Positions 46,495 through 56,271 are shown, numbered from the stretch's first letter. The stretch: 64,000 nt of DNA from Planctomycetota bacterium (GCA_031403195.1 JANNSZ010000033.1:68525-132524); one strand, 5' to 3'. Translations and numbers: made by a program. Notes: generated by a model from the sequence alone, not told the origin.

Positions 46495-48054
46495 ATGATT
46501 GTTCGTACCCGCTTTGCCCCGAGTCCCACCGGCTATCTCCACATCGGTGGTGTCAGGACGGCCCTCTTCAACTGGTTGTTCGCCAGGCAGCATGGCGGGC
46601 AATTCATCCTGCGGATCGATGACACCGATGTGGCCCGCAACGTCGATGACGCATTGGCGCCGATCCTCGCTGGCCTGCAGTGGCTCGGTATCGATTGGGA
46701 CGAGGGGCCGGGCGTCGGCGGGCCGCACGCACCGTACTTTCAATCGCAGCGGGCTGACGGGTACCGGGCTGCGGCGGAGCAACTCCTCGCGTCGGGCCAT
46801 GCCTACCGCGACTTCGCGACGCCGGAGGAGCTCGACGAAGAACGCAAGGCTGCCCAGGCCGCCGGAAAGGCGTTCCTCTATAGCCGACGGTTCGCCGCCT
46901 TCGACGATGCTACGGCGGCCCGCTTCGAGGCCGAGGGTCGCAAGGCAGTCGTCCGGCTCAAGATGCCCCGTGAGGGGGCACTCGTCATCGACGACGCGGT
47001 CCGGGGCCGCGTCGAGTTTGCCTGGGAACGCGAGCAGGATCATGTCATCCAGCGGGCCGACGGCTCGTGTCTCTATCACCTCGCGAGCGTCGTGGATGAC
47101 CACGACCTCGATATCACGCACGTGATCCGGGCCGAGGAACACCTCTCCAACACGCCGCGGCAAGCCTATATCGCGATGAGCCTGGGCTATGAACTGCCCG
47201 CCTACGCGCACCTCCCGCTCGTTGCGGAGCCGGGAAGTCGCACCAAGCTCTCCAAGCGGAAGCTCGCGCAGTACCTCAAGAACCAGGATTTCCGTCGCGT
47301 CATGGAGCATGGTCAGGCGATCGCGTCCCGCATTGGTATGCCTGCCGATGCCGACACGTTCAACCCTGTGATCGTCGATTTCTACCGTGCCGTGGGCTAC
47401 CTTCCGTGGGCGATCGACAACTACCTGTCGCTGCTGGGCTGGTCGTTCGACGACAAGACGGAGTTCTTCTGCAGAGAGGAGCTCATTGAGAAGTTCTCGC
47501 TGGGGCGAATCAACTCCTCACCGGCGAGCTTTGATCCAAAAAAACTCTGGGCGGTCCAGGATCATTACCAAGCGACCCTCTCCACCGATGAGAAGTTCGT
47601 CGCGATGCTCCCTTATGTGGTGAAGGCGGGCCTCGTGGCTGACCCGCCCACGGACGGCCAAGCTGCAACAGTGCGTCGCGTGATCGAAGCTTCGGGCGAT
47701 CGGCTCAAGGTTGCCGGCGACATCCTCTCGTACGCCGACTTCTTCCTCGTCGACGAGCCCGAACTCGACCCGGAGGCCGTGGCCAAGCGACTGGCCACGC
47801 CTGGCGTGCGGCAGCACCTTGAGGCCTTTGCCACGGCCCTGCGAGCGGTCAAGGTGTTTGAGCTCCAGCCACTCGAGGAGGCGCTCAAGGCGACGGCCGA
47901 CGCCGCTGGGCTCAAGGTGGGCGACCTGGTCCACCCGGTGCGTGTCGCCATCACGGGGCGGAGCGTGGGGCCAGGCCTGTACGACTGCCTGGCGATCCTC
48001 GGCCGCGAGGCATCGCTCGCGAGAATTTCCCGCGCGCTGCCGCTTTGCGGGTAA
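46495..48054 (+). CDS. gltX: glutamate--tRNA ligase
   Basis: [26 protein letters not shown] (HIGH motif), RIDDTD, and KLSKRK (KMSKS-type). Confidence 0.95.
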   Translation: MIVRTRFAPSPTGYLHIGGVRTALFNWLFARQHGGQFILRIDDTDVARNVDDALAPILAGLQWLGIDWDEGPGVGGPHAPYFQSQRADGYRAAAEQLLASGHAYRDFATPEELDEERKAAQAAGKAFLYSRRFAAFDDATAARFEAEGRKAVVRLKMPREGALVIDDAVRGRVEFAWEREQDHVIQRADGSCLYHLASVVDDHDLDITHVIRAEEHLSNTPRQAYIAMSLGYELPAYAHLPLVAEPGSRTKLSKRKLAQYLKNQDFRRVMEHGQAIASRIGMPADADTFNPVIVDFYRAVGYLPWAIDNYLSLLGWSFDDKTEFFCREELIEKFSLGRINSSPASFDPKKLWAVQDHYQATLSTDEKFVAMLPYVVKAGLVADPPTDGQAATVRRVIEASGDRLKVAGDILSYADFFLVDEPELDPEAVAKRLATPGVRQHLEAFATALRAVKVFELQPLEEALKATADAAGLKVGDLVHPVRVAITGRSVGPGLYDCLAILGREASLARISRALPLCG

Positions 48055-48094
48055 AACGAGGGCCCTCGTTTTCATAGGCCCCCGGGAGTGTGTC

Positions 48095-48997
48095 ATGCCG
48101 TTGCTCGTCGTTGGAAGCGTTGCCCTCGACTGTGTCGAGACCCCCACTGCGAGCCGCGATAATGTGCTCGGGGGATCGGCGGTCTTCTTTTCCTACGCGG
48201 CCAGTTTTTTCACGCCGGTGAAGATGATCGGCACTGTGGGAGAGGACTGGCCGACGGAGCACACACGGTTCCTCGAATCGCGTGGCATCGATGTTTCCGG
48301 GATCGAGACGATTCCAGGCGGCAAGACGTTCCGCTGGCGAGGTCGGTATCTCCCCAACATGAACGACCGCGAGACGCTCGAGGTCCATCTCAATGTTTTT
48401 GGTGAGTTCCGGCCGAAGCTGGCCGCTGCCCATTGCGACTCCAAGTTCGTGTTCCTGGGCAACGCGTCGCCTGTCACGCAGCTCTCGGTGCTAGACCAGG
48501 TGCCTGGGGCCATGCTCACAGTGGCTGACACGATGGATCTCTGGATCAACATCCAGCGTGACGAACTCGGCGAACTGCTCCGGCGCGTGGACGGGCTGGT
48601 CCTCAATGACGCTGAGGCCAAGCTTCTCGCCGAGGACGAAAACCTCGTGCGGGCTGGCCATGCCGTCCGCAAGATGGGGCCGAAGTTCGTCGTCATCAAG
48701 AAGGGTGAGCATGGGGCGATGTTCTTCAGCGAGCATGAGATGTATGTGATGCCCGCGTACCCGACGCCGCAGGTACTTGATCCCACTGGCGCGGGCGACA
48801 GTTTTGCGGGCGGCATGATGGGGCACCTTGCGTCCCTCGGCCGTTTCGATCCGCAGGCCCTCAAAGAGGCGCTCGCCTACGGCGTCGTCACGGCAAGCTT
48901 CACCGTCGAAGACTTCAGCCTGGACCGGCTGTCGAGTATCAGCCGCCATGACCTTGACCGCCGGCTGGGCGAGTATCGCCAAATGTTGATGTTCTGA
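48095..48997 (+). CDS. PfkB-family carbohydrate/nucleoside kinase
   Basis: Internal ATG at 48095 gives [17 protein letters not shown]. The C-terminal PfkB signature is [13 protein letters not shown]. Confidence 0.85.
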   Translation: MPLLVVGSVALDCVETPTASRDNVLGGSAVFFSYAASFFTPVKMIGTVGEDWPTEHTRFLESRGIDVSGIETIPGGKTFRWRGRYLPNMNDRETLEVHLNVFGEFRPKLAAAHCDSKFVFLGNASPVTQLSVLDQVPGAMLTVADTMDLWINIQRDELGELLRRVDGLVLNDAEAKLLAEDENLVRAGHAVRKMGPKFVVIKKGEHGAMFFSEHEMYVMPAYPTPQVLDPTGAGDSFAGGMMGHLASLGRFDPQALKEALAYGVVTASFTVEDFSLDRLSSISRHDLDRRLGEYRQMLMF

Positions 48998-49014
48998 AGT
49001 CGCGTCCTGCTTCG

Positions 49015-49152
49015 CTCGGGGTCGCCCGTGCCACGTCGCCGGCCGTTCGCTACGGGCAGCCATGCCCTTCGCTCACTCGGAGAAAACCGCGCTTCGCCAT
49101 CCTGGCTGCGCTTGTTTTCTACGCCGTCGCCTGTGGCACGGGCGACCCCGAG
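49015..49152. repeat. 138-bp element bounded by 20-bp perfect inverted repeats
   Basis: CTCGGGGTCGCCCGTGCCAC (49015-49034) is the exact reverse complement of GTGGCACGGGCGACCCCGAG (49133-49152). There is inner imperfect dyad symmetry (GAGAAAACCGCGC...GCGCTTGTTTTCT). Confidence 0.6.
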
Positions 49153-49224
49153 GCGGCAGGAATCCTCAAGAAAACCCGCTCGAAGTCGTTTTTGTGTGCC
49201 TGGACAGCCGTTCAAAAAATCTGG

Positions 49225-49253
49225 TTGCCATGCCACCCTCGATCCGATAGTAT
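49225..49253 (+). promoter_or_regulatory. candidate sigma70-type promoter upstream of recA
   Basis: TTGCCA (49225-49230), a 17-nt spacer, then TAGTAT (49248-49253), in the only AT-rich patch of the recA upstream region. About 140 nt before the recA ATG. Confidence 0.3.
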
Positions 49254-49395
49254 ACCTGCGTTCAGTATTCGGTTTCGCGGCAAATCGCTCGATTCATGGT
49301 GGCGACGCAACCACCCCGACGACGTGCCGGGACCGCTCAAAAGCGAATGGGGGGCAGTCGTCATGGTGACACTTACGGCAGGAGTCAACGGTCGG

Positions 49396-50520
49396 ATGGG
49401 TAAAGACAAAAAGGCAAAGGGAGCCGACAGCAAGGGCAAGCGGGCGGGGGGCGAGAAGGATCGGCTGGCCTTCCTCCATGAGAATTCGGAATTGCGGAAC
49501 ACGCTGGTTCAGATCGAGAAAGCCTTTGGTGAGGGGTCGATCATGCCGCTCGGCGGTGACTACCACGCCCCGATCGAAGGAATTTCGTCTGGCAGTCTGT
49601 CAGTCGATCTGGCCCTTGGTGGGCGGGGATTTCCACGGGGAAGGATCATCGAGGTCTACGGGCCTGAGTCGAGCGGCAAGACGACGATCGCGCTCCACGC
49701 GGTGGCCGCAGCCCAAAAGGCAGGTGGGATCGCTGCCTTCATCGACGCCGAGCATGCCCTCGATCCGAGCTGGGCCAGAAAGCTCGGTATCTCGCTTGAA
49801 TCGCTGCTCGTGAGCCAGCCGACGAGCGGGGAGGAGGCGCTGCAGATTGTGGAGATGCTGGTGAAGAGCAACGCCGTGGACATCATCGTGATCGATTCGG
49901 TGGCGGCTCTCGTGCCACAGAAGGAGCTCGACGGAGACATCGGCGACGCGGTGGTGGGGATGCAGGCCCGGCTCATGAGCCAGGCGATGCGGAAGCTCAC
50001 CGGCGCGATTTCCAAGAGCAAGACCACGGTGATCTTCATCAACCAGCTTCGCGAGAAGATTGGCGTGATGTTCGGTAGCCCCGAGACGACGCCGGGCGGC
50101 AAGGCGCTCAAGTTCTACGCGTCCTGCCGAGTCGATGTCCGCCGGATCGGAACGCTCAAGGACGGCGAGGAAGTGGTTGGTCAGCGGGTGAAGGTGAAAA
50201 TCGTCAAGAACAAGGTGGCCCCACCGTTCCGGATCGCCGAATTCGACATGATGCATGCCGACGGGATCAGTATCGAGGGCGATGTGCTTGACCTGGCGAT
50301 GGCTGCCAAGGTCATCGACAAGACGGGCACGTGGCTCCGGTATGGCGAGACCCACCTCGGCCAGGGGCGTGAACGGGCCCGCCAGTTCCTCAAGGACAAC
50401 CCAGCGGTGCTGCAGGAGCTTCGTGAGAAGATCCTTGCCGCCAAGGATGCTGTGATCCCCATTGACCAGACGATCGCCAGCGATCCTGAGGCAGCGGAAG
50501 AGGCCGACGGCGACGAGTAG
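49396..50520 (+). CDS. recA: recombinase RecA (with Lys-rich N-terminal extension)
   Basis: Internal ATG at 49396. Motifs: [15 protein letters not shown], Walker [10 protein letters not shown], and [11 protein letters not shown]. The first ~27 aa, [27 protein letters not shown], precede the usual N-terminus. Confidence 0.95.
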   Translation: MGKDKKAKGADSKGKRAGGEKDRLAFLHENSELRNTLVQIEKAFGEGSIMPLGGDYHAPIEGISSGSLSVDLALGGRGFPRGRIIEVYGPESSGKTTIALHAVAAAQKAGGIAAFIDAEHALDPSWARKLGISLESLLVSQPTSGEEALQIVEMLVKSNAVDIIVIDSVAALVPQKELDGDIGDAVVGMQARLMSQAMRKLTGAISKSKTTVIFINQLREKIGVMFGSPETTPGGKALKFYASCRVDVRRIGTLKDGEEVVGQRVKVKIVKNKVAPPFRIAEFDMMHADGISIEGDVLDLAMAAKVIDKTGTWLRYGETHLGQGRERARQFLKDNPAVLQELREKILAAKDAVIPIDQTIASDPEAAEEADGDE

Positions 50521-50685
50521 ACCGAAGTCCGCAGCCGCCCGTTCGGCAAACTGGATTGCCTTCACCACGCCCGTCCGTGCCCGACCCAAGCGGCTGCGGA
50601 CGGGCGGTGTCGTTGTCAGGGGCGAGGCCCGGGTATAGTGCCGGGTTTCCGAACGTGCCATATCCCCTGGGAGCCACTGCCTCCG

Positions 50686-53298
50686 ATGAAGGCCGACGAA
50701 CTCCGCGAGGCCTACCTGGCCTTTTTTGAGTCCAAGGGCTGCGTCCGCCGGCCAAGCGATGTGCTTGTGCCGCGATGGGACCCGTCGGTGCTCTTCACGC
50801 CTGCCGGGATGAACCAGTTTAAGGACCACTTCCTAGGGAAGTGCAAGCTTGAATTCACCCGCGCCACGACCTGCCAGAAATGCTTGCGGACGGGCGACAT
50901 CGACAACGTGGGCCGAACACCTCGGCACCACACATTCTTCGAGATGCTTGGCAATTTTTCCTTTGGTGACTACTTCAAGCGCGAAGCGATCCACTGGGCC
51001 TGGGAGTTTCTCACGGCGAAGAATTGGCTCGCCATCGCTCCCGAAAAACTCTCCGTGACGGTCTACCAGGATGACAACGAGGCCTCCACGATCTGGGCTG
51101 ATGAGATCGGCCTTCCGCTGGCCAAGATCACGCGGATGGGAGAGGACGACAACTTCTGGCCTGCCTCCGCTCCGTCGCAGGGCCCCGACGGAGTCTGCGG
51201 GCCGTGCAGCGAAATCTTTTACCGGATGCCGGACGGCAGTGATGTTGAGATCTGGAACCTTGTTTTCACCCAGTTCAATCGCGAGGGTCCGCCCCCCGAC
51301 AACCTCTCGCCGCTTCCGAGCCGCAACATCGACACCGGCATGGGCCTCGAGCGAACGTGCGCGATGCTCCAAGGCGTGGACAGCAATTTTCACATCGACA
51401 TCCTGAGGCCGCTTGTCGAGGCCGTGGCGGAGGTCTGCGGCCAGCGGTACGAGCCGGCAACCGACAACGGCCGGCGGATGCGGCGGATCGCGGACCATGT
51501 CCGCGCCTGCACATTTGCGATCCACGAGAACGTGCTTCCAGGGAACAACGAGGAGAGGTATGTCGTCAAGCGGCTCCTGCGTCGGGCGGTGCTCGATGGA
51601 CGCCAGCTCGGGATGTCTGAGTCATTCCTGCATCGGTTGCCGCCGGTCGTGGCGGAGCTGATGCGCGGACCATACCCCGAGCTCGGCGATACGACAGGCC
51701 ATGTTGCCAGCGTCATTGAGCGAGAAGAGGAATCGTTTTTCGCCACGATCGACGGCGGGCTGGAGCGGATCAAGAAACTCTTCGCGGGCATTGGTGCTGC
51801 TGGTGGCAGCGTCGTGCCTGGCACGGATGCCGCGGAGCTCTACACCACCTACGGCTTCCCCCCCGAGCTCCTCGAGACGCTCGCTGCCGAACGAAACTGC
51901 GGGTTCGACTGGCAGGGGTTTCGCATGGCGATGGAGGGCCATGGACGTACCTCGGGGGGAGGCCGCACCGTCGACGTGTTTGCGACAGGGCCGCTCGATG
52001 CCCTCAAGAAAACCATGCACGGTACGGACTTTGTCGGGTACGACACGACCGAAGCCACGGGGAACGTCATCGGGATCATCGCCCAAGACTCGCTCTGCGA
52101 ATCGATCACTGAGATAGGCCATGCCAAGCCGGTGACCGTGGTGCTGGACTCCACGCCGTTCTACGGCGAGTCGGGTGGCCAGGTGGGCGATACGGGCGAA
52201 CTGACGTGGCCCGATGGTCGATTCGAGGTCGCCAGCACGCAGCGAGAAGGGGGCTTCGTGCTCCATGTGGGTCATCTCCGCGAAGGTTCGCTCTCGCTCG
52301 GCGCGGCCGTGAAGACCAGGGTCGACGCCGACCGTCGCGCGGCACTCCGTCGGGCGCACTCGGCGACCCATCTCCTGCATGCGGCGCTCCAGCACTTTCT
52401 TGGAAGCCACGCAGTGCAGCAGGGATCCAAAGTCGACGCTGACATGCTGCGGTTCGACTTCTCCCACCCGCGCTCGATCGACGATGGAACGCTCGCTGCG
52501 ATCGAGGGGATGGTGAATGGCCGCGTGCTCGATGCGGTAGGGGTTTTGGCGAAGCTCCTGCCCATTGCCGAGGCTCGCCATGCAGGCGCGATGATACTCT
52601 TCGGTGAAAAGTATCCCGACATCGTGCGGATGGTGACGATGGGCGATGTCAGCCGCGAGCTTTGTGGCGGCACGCATGTCACGAGCACGGGACAGATCGG
52701 ACTTGTTCGGATCGTGGCCGAAGAGAGTGTTTCAGCCGGCACGCGGCGAATCACGGCTGTTACGGGTTTGAAGGCGCTCGATCGCCTGCGGGAGGCCGAA
52801 CGAACGCTCACCGAGGCCGCAGGCACGCTCAAGGTGCCTGTCGCCGACGTGCCTCAGCGGCTGGCTGCGATCGTCCGCGAGCTCAAGGAAATCAAGAAGG
52901 CCAAGCCATCGCAGGCCACCACCAGCGTCTCGCCCGATGCGTTGCTCGCCGACGCCGCTGACGTAGGGGGCACGAAGATCGTTGTGGCTGACATGCAGGG
53001 AGGTGATGCGGGTGCGATGCGGCAGGCCATCGATACCCTGCGGCGCAAGGCCAGTCCGATCGCCGTGCTCTTGGGAAGCGTCGAGGGTGACCGGGTCACT
53101 CTCGTGGCAGGAATCTCGAAGGATCTCGAGTCGCGCGGGCTCTCCGCCGGATCGTGGATTCGCGATGTTGCGGCTGTCGTCGGAGGGAAGGGGGGCGGAC
53201 GCCCTGATCTCGCGCAGGCCGGTGGAAAGTTCGTGGCAAAACTCCCCGAGGCGCTCGCGATGGCACGCAAGACGATTGAGTCGCTGCTTGCTCCCTGA
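50686..53298 (+). CDS. alaS: alanine--tRNA ligase
   Basis: ATG at 50686. Motifs: MKADELREAYLAFFESKGC, FTPAGMNQFK, FFEMLGNFSFGDYFK, the HxxxH editing-domain motif HSATHLLH, and CGGTH. Confidence 0.95.
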   Translation: MKADELREAYLAFFESKGCVRRPSDVLVPRWDPSVLFTPAGMNQFKDHFLGKCKLEFTRATTCQKCLRTGDIDNVGRTPRHHTFFEMLGNFSFGDYFKREAIHWAWEFLTAKNWLAIAPEKLSVTVYQDDNEASTIWADEIGLPLAKITRMGEDDNFWPASAPSQGPDGVCGPCSEIFYRMPDGSDVEIWNLVFTQFNREGPPPDNLSPLPSRNIDTGMGLERTCAMLQGVDSNFHIDILRPLVEAVAEVCGQRYEPATDNGRRMRRIADHVRACTFAIHENVLPGNNEERYVVKRLLRRAVLDGRQLGMSESFLHRLPPVVAELMRGPYPELGDTTGHVASVIEREEESFFATIDGGLERIKKLFAGIGAAGGSVVPGTDAAELYTTYGFPPELLETLAAERNCGFDWQGFRMAMEGHGRTSGGGRTVDVFATGPLDALKKTMHGTDFVGYDTTEATGNVIGIIAQDSLCESITEIGHAKPVTVVLDSTPFYGESGGQVGDTGELTWPDGRFEVASTQREGGFVLHVGHLREGSLSLGAAVKTRVDADRRAALRRAHSATHLLHAALQHFLGSHAVQQGSKVDADMLRFDFSHPRSIDDGTLAAIEGMVNGRVLDAVGVLAKLLPIAEARHAGAMILFGEKYPDIVRMVTMGDVSRELCGGTHVTSTGQIGLVRIVAEESVSAGTRRITAVTGLKALDRLREAERTLTEAAGTLKVPVADVPQRLAAIVRELKEIKKAKPSQATTSVSPDALLADAADVGGTKIVVADMQGGDAGAMRQAIDTLRRKASPIAVLLGSVEGDRVTLVAGISKDLESRGLSAGSWIRDVAAVVGGKGGGRPDLAQAGGKFVAKLPEALAMARKTIESLLAP

Positions 53299-53396
53299 GT
53301 TCTCCGCCGCACGATGCGACGGTTGCCGGCCGTGGCAAACCTTGGCTTTGCCACCGGTCGGCCCAGTGGACGAAGGCCATGGAAGGCTTCGTTCAC
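53299..53396 (-). repeat. REP-like three-hairpin element, copy B1 (inverted relative to A copies)
   Basis: Central hairpin is TGGCAAA / CCTTGGC / TTTGCCA at 53333-53353. Terminal hairpins are CCGCCGCA-CGA-TGCG(A)CGG and GAAGGCCATGGAAGGCTTC. Confidence 0.75.
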
Positions 53397-53445
53397 GCTA
53401 GGTCAGCTTCTACGCAAGACGATTGAGTCACTACTTGCTCCCTGA

Positions 53446-53543
53446 GTTCTCCGCCGCACGATGCGGCGGTTGCCGGCCGTGGCAAACCTTGGCTTTGCCA
53501 CCGGTCGGCCCAGTGGACGAAGGCCATGGAAGGCTTCGTTCAC
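53446..53543 (-). repeat. REP-like three-hairpin element, copy B2
   Basis: Identical to B1 except for one base (CCGCCGCA-CGA-TGCGGCGG, a perfect 8-bp stem). Confidence 0.75.
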
Positions 53544-53544
53544 G

Positions 53545-54063
53545 CTAGGTCAGCTTCTCGAGCGCCGCGACGGCCGCGTCGTAGTTCGGTTCCTCGGCAA
53601 CTTCCTGGACGACCTGGGCATACCGCACCACGCCCTGGCCGTCGAGCACGAAGACGGCTCGGGCGAGGATCTTGAGCTCGTCGATCAAGACGCCCCACGC
53701 GGTGCCAAAGTCTCGGTTCATGTAGTCGCTGCCGACCTTGAGGGCGGTGATGTTTTCCGCGCCGCAGAAACGGTTCATGGCGAACGGCAGATCGAGGCTC
53801 ACCGTGAGGGCGTTCACCTTGTCGCCCAGAGCAGCGAGCCGCTGGTTGAACGTTCGCGTTTGAATCTGGCAGACGGGCGTATCGAGCGAGGGCACCACAC
53901 TGATGATCGAGGGCTTGCCGAGAAGGTCGGCCTTTTGCACGTGCTGCATCCCATCTTTGTAAAACGTAAGGTCGAAGTCTGGCGCGGGCGTGCCCACTGC
54001 AACCTCGTTCCCGACCAGCGTGAGAGGGGTGCCCTTGAATGTGACCGCGCCGTGCCGTGCCAT
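53545..54063 (-). CDS. tpx: thiol peroxidase (atypical 2-Cys peroxiredoxin Tpx)
   Basis: Peroxidatic Cys context SVVPSLDTPVCQIQTRTFN. Resolving Cys context FAMNRFCGAE. Typical Tpx length of 172 aa. Confidence 0.92.
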   Translation of the reverse strand: MARHGAVTFKGTPLTLVGNEVAVGTPAPDFDLTFYKDGMQHVQKADLLGKPSIISVVPSLDTPVCQIQTRTFNQRLAALGDKVNALTVSLDLPFAMNRFCGAENITALKVGSDYMNRDFGTAWGVLIDELKILARAVFVLDGQGVVRYAQVVQEVAEEPNYDAAVAALEKLT

Positions 54064-54304
54064 GCAGTGTCTCCTGGGAAGTCTGGGGAAGTGTCCTGGG
54101 GGCAGTATGGATGTCCCGGGCGCTACGGCAAGCCCGGGCCTATGCGAATCGGGCCGGCGGGGCGGGCCACGAGCAAAAAACTCGCCTTGTAAGAGGATGC
54201 CGGACGCGTACGATTTTCTGTTGCAGCGGGGGGCCTCCGGGCATCACGCTCGCCCTGAACGGGAGTTTCAAGGGGCTCGCTGCATCTCATGGAGGGATGA
54301 CAAC

Positions 54305-54724
54305 ATGGCGACAAGTGGGACGGCGGCGGTGGCGGTGGGTCGAACAGTCGGCCACGGACAATCGTGGGATTTGGCTGCCGAGCGAGGGCCAGACTGGTTG
54401 TTCGTTCGGCTCGAGTTGGGGGCTTCTGAGGCGAGTCACATCCCCGACCTAGCGGAAGCCATTTGGGACATGATTCGCGAGCACAACGCCAACCGTGTGG
54501 TGCTCGAGCTTGACCGGATCGACTCGATCGACGAGCCATTGATTGGAGCGATCGCCGAGATTGGCACCCGGATTCGGCGAGAGGGTGGGCTCATCCGAGC
54601 GTGCGGGCTCTCTCAGCCCAATGTCGAGCGGCTCGGGAAGACTGCCGCCGGTGGTGTGCCTCACTTTGACACCCGGTCGGAAGCCGTTGGCACCCGCGAG
54701 GTTGGCTCGGGCCGATGCGAGTGA
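54305..54724 (+). CDS. STAS-domain (anti-sigma-factor-antagonist-like) protein
   Basis: Internal ATG at 54305 follows GGAGGGA. The pattern VVLELDRIDSIDEPLIGAIAEIGTRIRREGGLIRACGLSQPNVERL is STAS/SpoIIAA-like. Confidence 0.62.
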   Translation: MATSGTAAVAVGRTVGHGQSWDLAAERGPDWLFVRLELGASEASHIPDLAEAIWDMIREHNANRVVLELDRIDSIDEPLIGAIAEIGTRIRREGGLIRACGLSQPNVERLGKTAAGGVPHFDTRSEAVGTREVGSGRCE

Positions 54725-54879
54725 TTGGTCGTTTGGGGCAGCTCGTGGGCCTCGCGCTCCCGGCCTTTGCGATAATCCTCGAACTGGGTGGGCAGATCAC
54801 CTCAGGGCCGATGCTCGTCATGCTCGTATTCTCGGTCTGCTGTTTCGGCATCGGCCGGATCCTGGAGCGGTACGCCTGA
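54721..54879 (+). CDS. candidate 52-codon two-TM membrane peptide (not in ORF track; GTG start)
   Basis: Its GTG overlaps the STAS stop (GTGA). Translation: VIGRLGQLVGLALPAFAIILELGGQITSGPMLVMLVFSVCCFGIGRILERYA. Its TGA overlaps the manA ATG (TGATG). Confidence 0.3.
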   Translation: MIGRLGQLVGLALPAFAIILELGGQITSGPMLVMLVFSVCCFGIGRILERYA

Positions 54880-55886
54880 TGGCCGTCCCTGGATATGAGC
54901 GCGATGGGAGTGTCGGCCCGCCAGGTCTTCCGCCACTCATTTTCGCGCCGATCTACCGACGTTATCTCTGGGGTGGTCGTCGGTTTGCGTCTGCGTTTGG
55001 CCGATCGCTGCTGCCGGGCCAGGACTATGCCGAGTCGTGGGAGCTTGTTGATCGCGGGGCAGACCAGAGTGTGGTTGCCGCGGGACCGCTCGCGGGAGTG
55101 ACGCTCGGTGCGCTGGTTCGTGAGCGGGGCCCCGAGCTTTTTGGCCGCATCCCTCTAGTGCCAGCCTTTCCTCTGCTCTTCAAGTTCCTCGACGCGCATC
55201 AGGTCCTCTCGGTGCAGGTCCATCCAGACGACGCTCGTGCAGCCCGCCTCGATCCGCCGGATCGCGGCAAGACGGAAGCCTGGTATGTCGTGGCCGCTGA
55301 GCCAGGGAGCCGCATTTGTGCCGGGCTCATGGATGGAGTCGCCCCGTCGGATCTCGCCGCGGCCATACGAGCCGGCACCTGCGACACGGTGCTCCATTCG
55401 TTTACACCGGCGCCGGGCGACTGTGTCTTCATTCCGGCTGGCACGGTCCACGCCATCGGAGCTGGACTCTTGGTGGCCGAGATTCAGCAGTCGAGCGACG
55501 TCACGTATCGGCTTTTCGATTGGAACCGCACCGGCCCCGATGGCCGCTCGCGGCCACTTCATGTGGAGGCGGGCGTCGAGGCTACCACGCAGGTAGGCCC
55601 GGTCGGCCCTGTGCGTCGGCAGGCCACACGAGATCCCGCCAGTCAGCAACTCGTGGCATGCGAGTACTTCGTGCTCGACGAGGTGACTCCCGAACACAAC
55701 TGGTCGATCGGCGGAGACGGGCAGTTTCATTTCGTCGCGGTCATCACCGGCTCGATCCACCTCGCGAGCTACTGGTCGCTCCCACCGATCCCCGCGGGCG
55801 GGTGTGTGTTGGTGCCGGCGTCCACCCCTCGTCAGAAGATCACGACCGATCCTGGGACGCTGCTGCTGCGGGTCTGCCTTCCGTGA
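54879..55886 (+). CDS. manA: class I (type I) mannose-6-phosphate isomerase, cupin fold
   Basis: Internal ATG at 54879. Motifs: YAESWELVD, LLFKFLDAHQVLSVQVHPDD, GKTEAWYVV, and AGTVHAIGAG. Confidence 0.8.
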   Translation: MAVPGYERDGSVGPPGLPPLIFAPIYRRYLWGGRRFASAFGRSLLPGQDYAESWELVDRGADQSVVAAGPLAGVTLGALVRERGPELFGRIPLVPAFPLLFKFLDAHQVLSVQVHPDDARAARLDPPDRGKTEAWYVVAAEPGSRICAGLMDGVAPSDLAAAIRAGTCDTVLHSFTPAPGDCVFIPAGTVHAIGAGLLVAEIQQSSDVTYRLFDWNRTGPDGRSRPLHVEAGVEATTQVGPVGPVRRQATRDPASQQLVACEYFVLDEVTPEHNWSIGGDGQFHFVAVITGSIHLASYWSLPPIPAGGCVLVPASTPRQKITTDPGTLLLRVCLP

Positions 55887-55914
55887 AAGGGTCCCAGGGC
55901 CCTAGATTTCTGCC

Positions 55915-56271
55915 TTGGGCTTCCGGCCGGCGGTCCCTAGAGTCATGGCGAAATGTCCGCCGCTCCCCGGCCTCGGAAGCACGCCAGTGACCGTCAGCCT
56001 CTCGATCGTGTCGCGGTCCATCACGTTGCTCGCGGTTGTGACGGCCATGCTCACAGCCGGCTGCGCATCGCTCGGCAGGCCCGATTGGCTGGATCCAGGG
56101 ACGGCTCGTAGCCAGCAGAAGAAGGCAGTTCGCTTCGATCCATTCATGCAGAGTGACATCGGTCCCTACGCCTTTCGCCAGTATGGGATCATGGACGGCA
56201 CGCGTCCGAGGGACTATGCCGAGCCAGTTGCCGAAGTGAAACGGTCCCGGTGGTGGTCTCCCACGCAGTGA
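55915..56271 (+). CDS. small lipoprotein, unknown function
   Basis: Lipobox-like LLAVVTAMLTAGC. Start is uncertain; several in-frame starts exist. Confidence 0.5.
   Translation: MGFRPAVPRVMAKCPPLPGLGSTPVTVSLSIVSRSITLLAVVTAMLTAGCASLGRPDWLDPGTARSQQKKAVRFDPFMQSDIGPYAFRQYGIMDGTRPRDYAEPVAEVKRSRWWSPTQ

Larger units (their letters stand above)
53265..53558. repeat. 147-bp tandem duplication (2 copies, 3 mismatches) spanning the alaS/tpx convergent junction
   Basis: Copy 1 is 53265-53411 and copy 2 is 53412-53558. Each unit holds the last 34 nt of alaS including TGA, one REP-like element, and the last 14 nt of tpx including its stop. Confidence 0.9.

Noticed and set aside
49248-49275. Possible LexA/SOS box overlapping the recA promoter.
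   Set aside because: No match to the CTGT-N8-ACAG, GAAC-N4-GTTC or GTTC-N7-GTTC consensus types. Only a short AGTAT direct repeat is present, so I kept it as a low-interest note inside the recA finding.
53314-53448. Mini-ORF inside the REP-like elements (MRRLPAVANLGFATGRPSGRRPWKASFT...). Related peptides appear in the other copies and show up in the ORF track at 53461(+), 29468..30073(-) and 30428..31372(-).
   Set aside because: The frame is not preserved in copy A1. The differences between copies are paired stem changes, not conservative codon changes. The long-ORF versions are antisense read-through into tpx, ilvA and the protease. I interpret this as a by-product of a structured repeat.
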